Origin: Thermoanaerobaculia bacterium
GTDB taxonomy: Bacteria; Acidobacteriota; Thermoanaerobaculia; UBA5066
Reading direction: 5' to 3'
NCBI GenBank assembly: GCA_963816185.1
Contig: CAWFJJ010000001.1
Coordinates: 576,001-640,000, forward strand
DNA length: 64,000 nucleotides
The notes below the pieces were generated by a model that was not told where the DNA came from, made no database searches, and saw only the letters and a program-made list of their open reading frames with translations. The first letter of the stretch is position 1; every line of letters begins with the position of its first letter. A program made the translations under genes and the position numbers. Positions 60,103-64,000 of this stretch are shown piece after piece.

Positions 60103-60221
60103 CCCGAAAAAAGCCGCAAGCAGGAACCGATCGGACGTCCCAACAGCCCTATTCACCATCGAAGAAGAAACAGCGTTACCCAAGCCGAGAAGACAACACG
60201 AAGCAGAACGGGAGCAGAACG

Positions 60222-61235
60222 ATGGCGACGATCTGGTACGACAAGGACGCGGACATCTCCCGCCTCAAGGGGCGGACGGTGGCGATCATCGGGTATGGCA
60301 GCCAGGGGCACGCGCACGCGCTGAACCTCAGGGACAGCGGCATCTCCGTGGTGGTCGGGCTGCACGCGACGTCGAAGTCCGCCGCGAAGGCGAAGGCGGA
60401 CGGCCTGACCGTGCTGAGCGTCGACGAGGCCGCGAAGCGCGCGGACATCATCATGATCCTGACGCCCGACACGGGCCAGAAGAACCTCTACGACTCGTCC
60501 ATCATGCCGTACCTCTCGGCCGGCAAGACGCTCATGTTCGCGCACGGCTTCAACATCCGGTTCGGACAGATCGTGCCGCCGGCCGACGTGGACGTGTCGA
60601 TGGTCGCCCCGAAGGCGCCGGGCCACCGCGTGCGCGAGCTGTTCCGGGAAGGCGAGGGCACGCCCGCGCTGCTCGCGGTCGAGCAGAACGCGAGCGGCCA
60701 CGCCCGCGAGGACGCGCTGGCCTACGCGAAGGCGCTCGGCGCGACGCGCGCGGGAGTGCTCGAGACGACGTTTGCCGAGGAAACCGAGACGGACCTTTTC
60801 GGCGAGCAGGCGGTCCTCTGCGGCGGCACGTCGGCGCTCGTGAAGGCTGGTTTCCAGACGCTCGTCGAGGCGGGCTACCAGCCGGAGGTCGCGTACTTCG
60901 AGTGCCTGCACGAGCTGAAGCTCATCGTGGACCTCATGTACCGCGGCGGCCTGAACTACATGCGCTATTCGATCAGCGACACGGCCGAGCACGGCGACTA
61001 CACGGCCGGCCCGCGCATCGTGACCGAGGCGACGCGCGGCGAGATGAAGAAGATCCTCCAGGAGATCCAGGACGGCGTCTATGCCGAGAAGTGGATCGAC
61101 GAGAACCGGAAAGGACGCCCCGAGTTCGAGGCGACCCGCGAAAAGGAAAAGAACCAGCTCCTCGAGAAGGTCGGCCAGGAGCTGCGCGCGAAGATGCCGT
61201 TCCTGAACCCGGTCGTCGTGGACAAGGTGGCCTGA
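60222..61235 (+). CDS. ilvC: Ketol-acid reductoisomerase
   Basis: [17 protein letters not shown] and [14 protein letters not shown]. Confidence 0.95.
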   Translation: MATIWYDKDADISRLKGRTVAIIGYGSQGHAHALNLRDSGISVVVGLHATSKSAAKAKADGLTVLSVDEAAKRADIIMILTPDTGQKNLYDSSIMPYLSAGKTLMFAHGFNIRFGQIVPPADVDVSMVAPKAPGHRVRELFREGEGTPALLAVEQNASGHAREDALAYAKALGATRAGVLETTFAEETETDLFGEQAVLCGGTSALVKAGFQTLVEAGYQPEVAYFECLHELKLIVDLMYRGGLNYMRYSISDTAEHGDYTAGPRIVTEATRGEMKKILQEIQDGVYAEKWIDENRKGRPEFEATREKEKNQLLEKVGQELRAKMPFLNPVVVDKVA

Positions 61236-61236
61236 A

Positions 61237-62472
61237 ATGCGAATTACGATCTTCGACACGACGCTCCGCGACGGCGAGCAGGCGCCGGGCTTCTCGATGC
61301 GCGAGGCCGAGAAAGTGCGCCTCGCCCGGAAGCTCGACGCCCTCGGCGTGGACGTGATGGAGGCGGGCTTCCCGATCGCCTCCGAGGACGACTTCAACTC
61401 CGTCCGGGCCGTCGCGCGCGAGGTCCGGCGCCCCGTCATCGCGGCGCTCGCGCGCTCCGTGGACGCCGACATCGACCGCGCCGTGGCGGCCCTGGAAGGC
61501 GCCGCGCGCCCCCGCATCCACACGTTCCTCGCGACGTCCGACCTCCACCTCGAGCACAAGCTCCGGATGTCTCGGGCTGAATGTCTCGACGGCGCCGCGG
61601 CCGCCGTGCGAAGGGCGCGCCGGCACGTGGACGACGTGGAGTTCTCGGCCGAGGACGCGACGCGCAGCGACCTCGATTTTCTCGTCACGGTCATCGAGGC
61701 GGTCGTCGAGGCCGGCGCGACCACGGTCAACCTTCCCGACACGGTCGGCTACGCGACCCCGGACGAGATCGTCCGCTTCTTCAAAGCGGTGCGCGCGCGG
61801 GTGAAGGGCTCTGACCGCGTCGTCTTCTCGGCGCACTGCCACAACGACCTCGGCCTCGCGGTGGCCAACAGCCTCGCGGCCCTCGAAGGCGGCTGCCGGC
61901 AGATCGAGTGCACCGTGAACGGCATCGGCGAGCGCGCGGGGAACGCCTCTCTCGAGGAGATCGTCATGGCGCTCCGCGTGCGGCCCGACAGGCTGCCGTT
62001 CACGACCGGCATCGCCACGCCGGAGCTCTTCTCGTCGAGCCAGCTCCTCGCGGAGATCACGGGCGAGAGCGTCCAGTCGAACAAGGCCATTGTCGGCCGC
62101 AACGCCTTCGCGCACGAAGCCGGCATCCACCAGGACGGCATCCTCAAGGACCGAAGGACGTACGAGATCATGCGGCCCGAGGACGTCGGCGTTCCCGAGA
62201 CGACGCTCGTTCTGGGCAAGCATTCCGGCCGCCACGCGCTGAAGAACCGCTGCGCCGCCCTCCGGATCGAGCCCACGCGCCTCGAGCTGGACGAGCTCTA
62301 CAAACGGATGATCGCTCTCGCGGACCGGAAGAAAATCGTGGGCGACAACGACCTCTTCGACCTCTGGAGCGCGATGAAACGCGCTGCGGCACGGGCGAAG
62401 GCGCCCGCGGCGCGCGTCTTCCGCGAGGAGACCGCTCCCGCCGAAGAAGCGGGCTACGGGCACGGGGTCTGA
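61237..62472 (+). CDS. leuA: 2-isopropylmalate synthase, short form
   Basis: [24 protein letters not shown] and HEAGIHQDG. Confidence 0.9.
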   Translation: MRITIFDTTLRDGEQAPGFSMREAEKVRLARKLDALGVDVMEAGFPIASEDDFNSVRAVAREVRRPVIAALARSVDADIDRAVAALEGAARPRIHTFLATSDLHLEHKLRMSRAECLDGAAAAVRRARRHVDDVEFSAEDATRSDLDFLVTVIEAVVEAGATTVNLPDTVGYATPDEIVRFFKAVRARVKGSDRVVFSAHCHNDLGLAVANSLAALEGGCRQIECTVNGIGERAGNASLEEIVMALRVRPDRLPFTTGIATPELFSSSQLLAEITGESVQSNKAIVGRNAFAHEAGIHQDGILKDRRTYEIMRPEDVGVPETTLVLGKHSGRHALKNRCAALRIEPTRLELDELYKRMIALADRKKIVGDNDLFDLWSAMKRAAARAKAPAARVFREETAPAEEAGYGHGV

Positions 62473-62473
62473 C

Positions 62474-63559
62474 GTGGGGCGACGCGCGCGCATCGCGGTC
62501 CTCCCCGGGGACGGAATCGGCCCCGAGGTGACGGCTGCGGCGTTGACGGTGCTCAAGGCCGTCGCGGCGCGCTTCTCTCACGACTTCGTCGTGTCGGAGT
62601 GGCCGATCGGCGCGATCGCGATGCGCACGAAAGGCCTTCCGCTTCCAGAGGAGACTCTCGCGGCGTGCCGCGATGCCGATGCGGTGCTCCTGGGCGCCGT
62701 CGGCGATCCCGCGTACGACCTCGCGCCGCGTGACAAACGCCCGGAAGCCGGGCTTCTCGCGATCCGCAAGGCGCTCGGCCTCTACGCGAACGTCCGTCCG
62801 GCCCGCGTATTCAGGGGCCTCGAAGACGCGGGCCCGCTCAAGCCGGAGATCGCCCGGGGTCTCGATCTCGTCGTCGTGCGCGAGCTGACGGGCGGGCTCT
62901 ATTTCGGGACCCCGCGCGCGCTGGATCTCACCGCGGGAACGGCCGTGAACACCCTGCCGTACTCGCGGCCCGAGGTGGAGCGGATCGCCGAGGTGGCGTT
63001 CCGTCTCGCGTCGGGCCGAAGGAAGAAAGTCACGTCGGTCGACAAGTCCAACGTCCTCGAGACCTCGCAGCTCTGGCGCGCGGTGGTGACCGAGGTCGGC
63101 AATCGGCATCCGGACGTCGTCCTCGAGCACCAGCTCGTCGACTCGTGCGCGATGAACCTCGTCCTCACCCCGTCGGCCTTCGATGTCGTCGTCACGGAGA
63201 ATCTCTTCGGCGACATCCTGTCCGACGAGGTGGGCGCGCTCGTGGGCTCGCTCGGGCTCCTGCCCTCGGCGAGCCTCGGTGACGGCCCGGGCCTCTTCGA
63301 GCCCGTGCACGGCTCGGCGCCGGCGCTCGCGGGACGCGACGTCGCGAATCCGATCGGGGCGATCGCGACGGCCGCGATGCTCCTCGAGGACGGGCTCGGC
63401 TTAAAGGAAGAAGCCGCGGCGGTCCATCGGGCGATCGAGACGGTTCTGGAAAAGGGCGCGCGCACGGCGGATCTCGCGCCGCGCGGCACGCGGGTGCTCG
63501 GCACGCGCGAGATGGCGCGGGCGGTGGCAGACGCGATCCCGGCTCATGTGGCGGTCTGA
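62474..63559 (+). CDS. leuB: 3-isopropylmalate dehydrogenase
   Basis: GDGIGPEV, RELTGGLYFG, NLFGDILSDE and EPVHGSAP. Confidence 0.95.
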   Translation: MGRRARIAVLPGDGIGPEVTAAALTVLKAVAARFSHDFVVSEWPIGAIAMRTKGLPLPEETLAACRDADAVLLGAVGDPAYDLAPRDKRPEAGLLAIRKALGLYANVRPARVFRGLEDAGPLKPEIARGLDLVVVRELTGGLYFGTPRALDLTAGTAVNTLPYSRPEVERIAEVAFRLASGRRKKVTSVDKSNVLETSQLWRAVVTEVGNRHPDVVLEHQLVDSCAMNLVLTPSAFDVVVTENLFGDILSDEVGALVGSLGLLPSASLGDGPGLFEPVHGSAPALAGRDVANPIGAIATAAMLLEDGLGLKEEAAAVHRAIETVLEKGARTADLAPRGTRVLGTREMARAVADAIPAHVAV

Positions 63560-63571
63560 ACGGAGGAAGTC

Positions 63572-64000
63572 ATGGCGATGGAATCGAAGACGATCTGGCT
63601 GAACGGGGAATTCGTCGACTACGAGAAGGCGACTCTCCACTTCCTCACGCCCGGCCTGCATTACGGCATCGGCGTCTTCGAGGGAATCCGCTGCTACGCG
63701 ACGGCCGACGGGCCGGCCATCTTTCGCCTCGGCGAGCACATCGCGCGCTTCTTCCACTCGGCCTATTGCCTCGGTTTCCGGGAGCTTCCGTTCCCCGAGG
63801 AGCAGATCGCCGAGGCGTGCGCCGAGCTCGTCTTCCGCAACGGGTTCGACGATTGCTACATCCGCCCGCTCCTCTATCTCGCGAGCGGCGGCTCGGGCGG
63901 CGGCTGGAACCTGAACCTCGACGGCGGCTCGCCGGCCATCGGCATCGCCGCGTGGGAGTGGAAGAACTACCTCGGGGCCGAGGCTCTCGAGAAAGGCGTG
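63572..64000 (+). CDS. ilvE: Branched-chain amino acid aminotransferase (3'-partial)
   Basis: IWLNGEFV, LHYGIGVFEGIRCY, IFRL and YIRP. Runs off the window end. Confidence 0.9.
   Translation, partial: MAMESKTIWLNGEFVDYEKATLHFLTPGLHYGIGVFEGIRCYATADGPAIFRLGEHIARFFHSAYCLGFRELPFPEEQIAEACAELVFRNGFDDCYIRPLLYLASGGSGGGWNLNLDGGSPAIGIAAWEWKNYLGAEALEKGV

Noticed and set aside
15835-61742. Long antisense or alternate-frame ORFs (e.g. 15835-18042, 23823-26426, 29574-32351, 56744-59806)
   Set aside because: Shadow ORFs typical of high-GC DNA. They overlap well-supported genes and lack motifs.
1-64000. Mobile elements, tRNA/rRNA or sel genes
   Set aside because: No transposase, integrase, structural RNA or selA/B/D signatures were recognised by eye.

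Overview
Bacterial DNA of roughly 70% GC by eye. Gene content suggests Acidobacteriota or a similar diderm, but that is inference only. Indel clusters at about 3.4-8.4 kb and 53.2-54.3 kb, plus single shifts elsewhere, look like long-read errors. Bases 1-37 kb form a sulfur (possibly selenium) redox island. It holds a cytochrome b, a 10-11-heme cytochrome c and a sigma54 activator. Two divergent sigma54-type operons follow: an octaheme tetrathionate reductase module and a PsrABC/Phs-type molybdoenzyme module, each with a YeeE/YedE pair whose second member ends in a GGC tail. The island also has a FadL-like channel, a type IIIA H+-ATPase, a methyltransferase/rhodanese/TlpA operon, PLP sulfur enzymes, two ArsR paralogs, an RND pump, DUF2892, OsmC and TauE. 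The best hidden signals are: (i) two probable selenoproteins not called as such in the ORF track (20608-20793 and FmdB-like 28707-28919), each with an in-frame UGA followed by an 8-bp hairpin with the same GGC loop; (ii) a 16-bp palindromic operator at three apparently leaderless promoters, tying these operons into one probable ArsR regulon; (iii) a dispersed, clustered TTC-N3-GAA(GG) motif with purine tracts, often inside coding sequence. Bases 37-51 kb are miscellaneous metabolic genes. Bases 51-64 kb carry branched-chain amino-acid biosynthesis (leuCD, LysR, attenuator, ilvD-ilvB-ilvN-ilvC-leuA-leuB-ilvE). No rRNA, tRNA, CRISPR, transposase or sel genes were seen.
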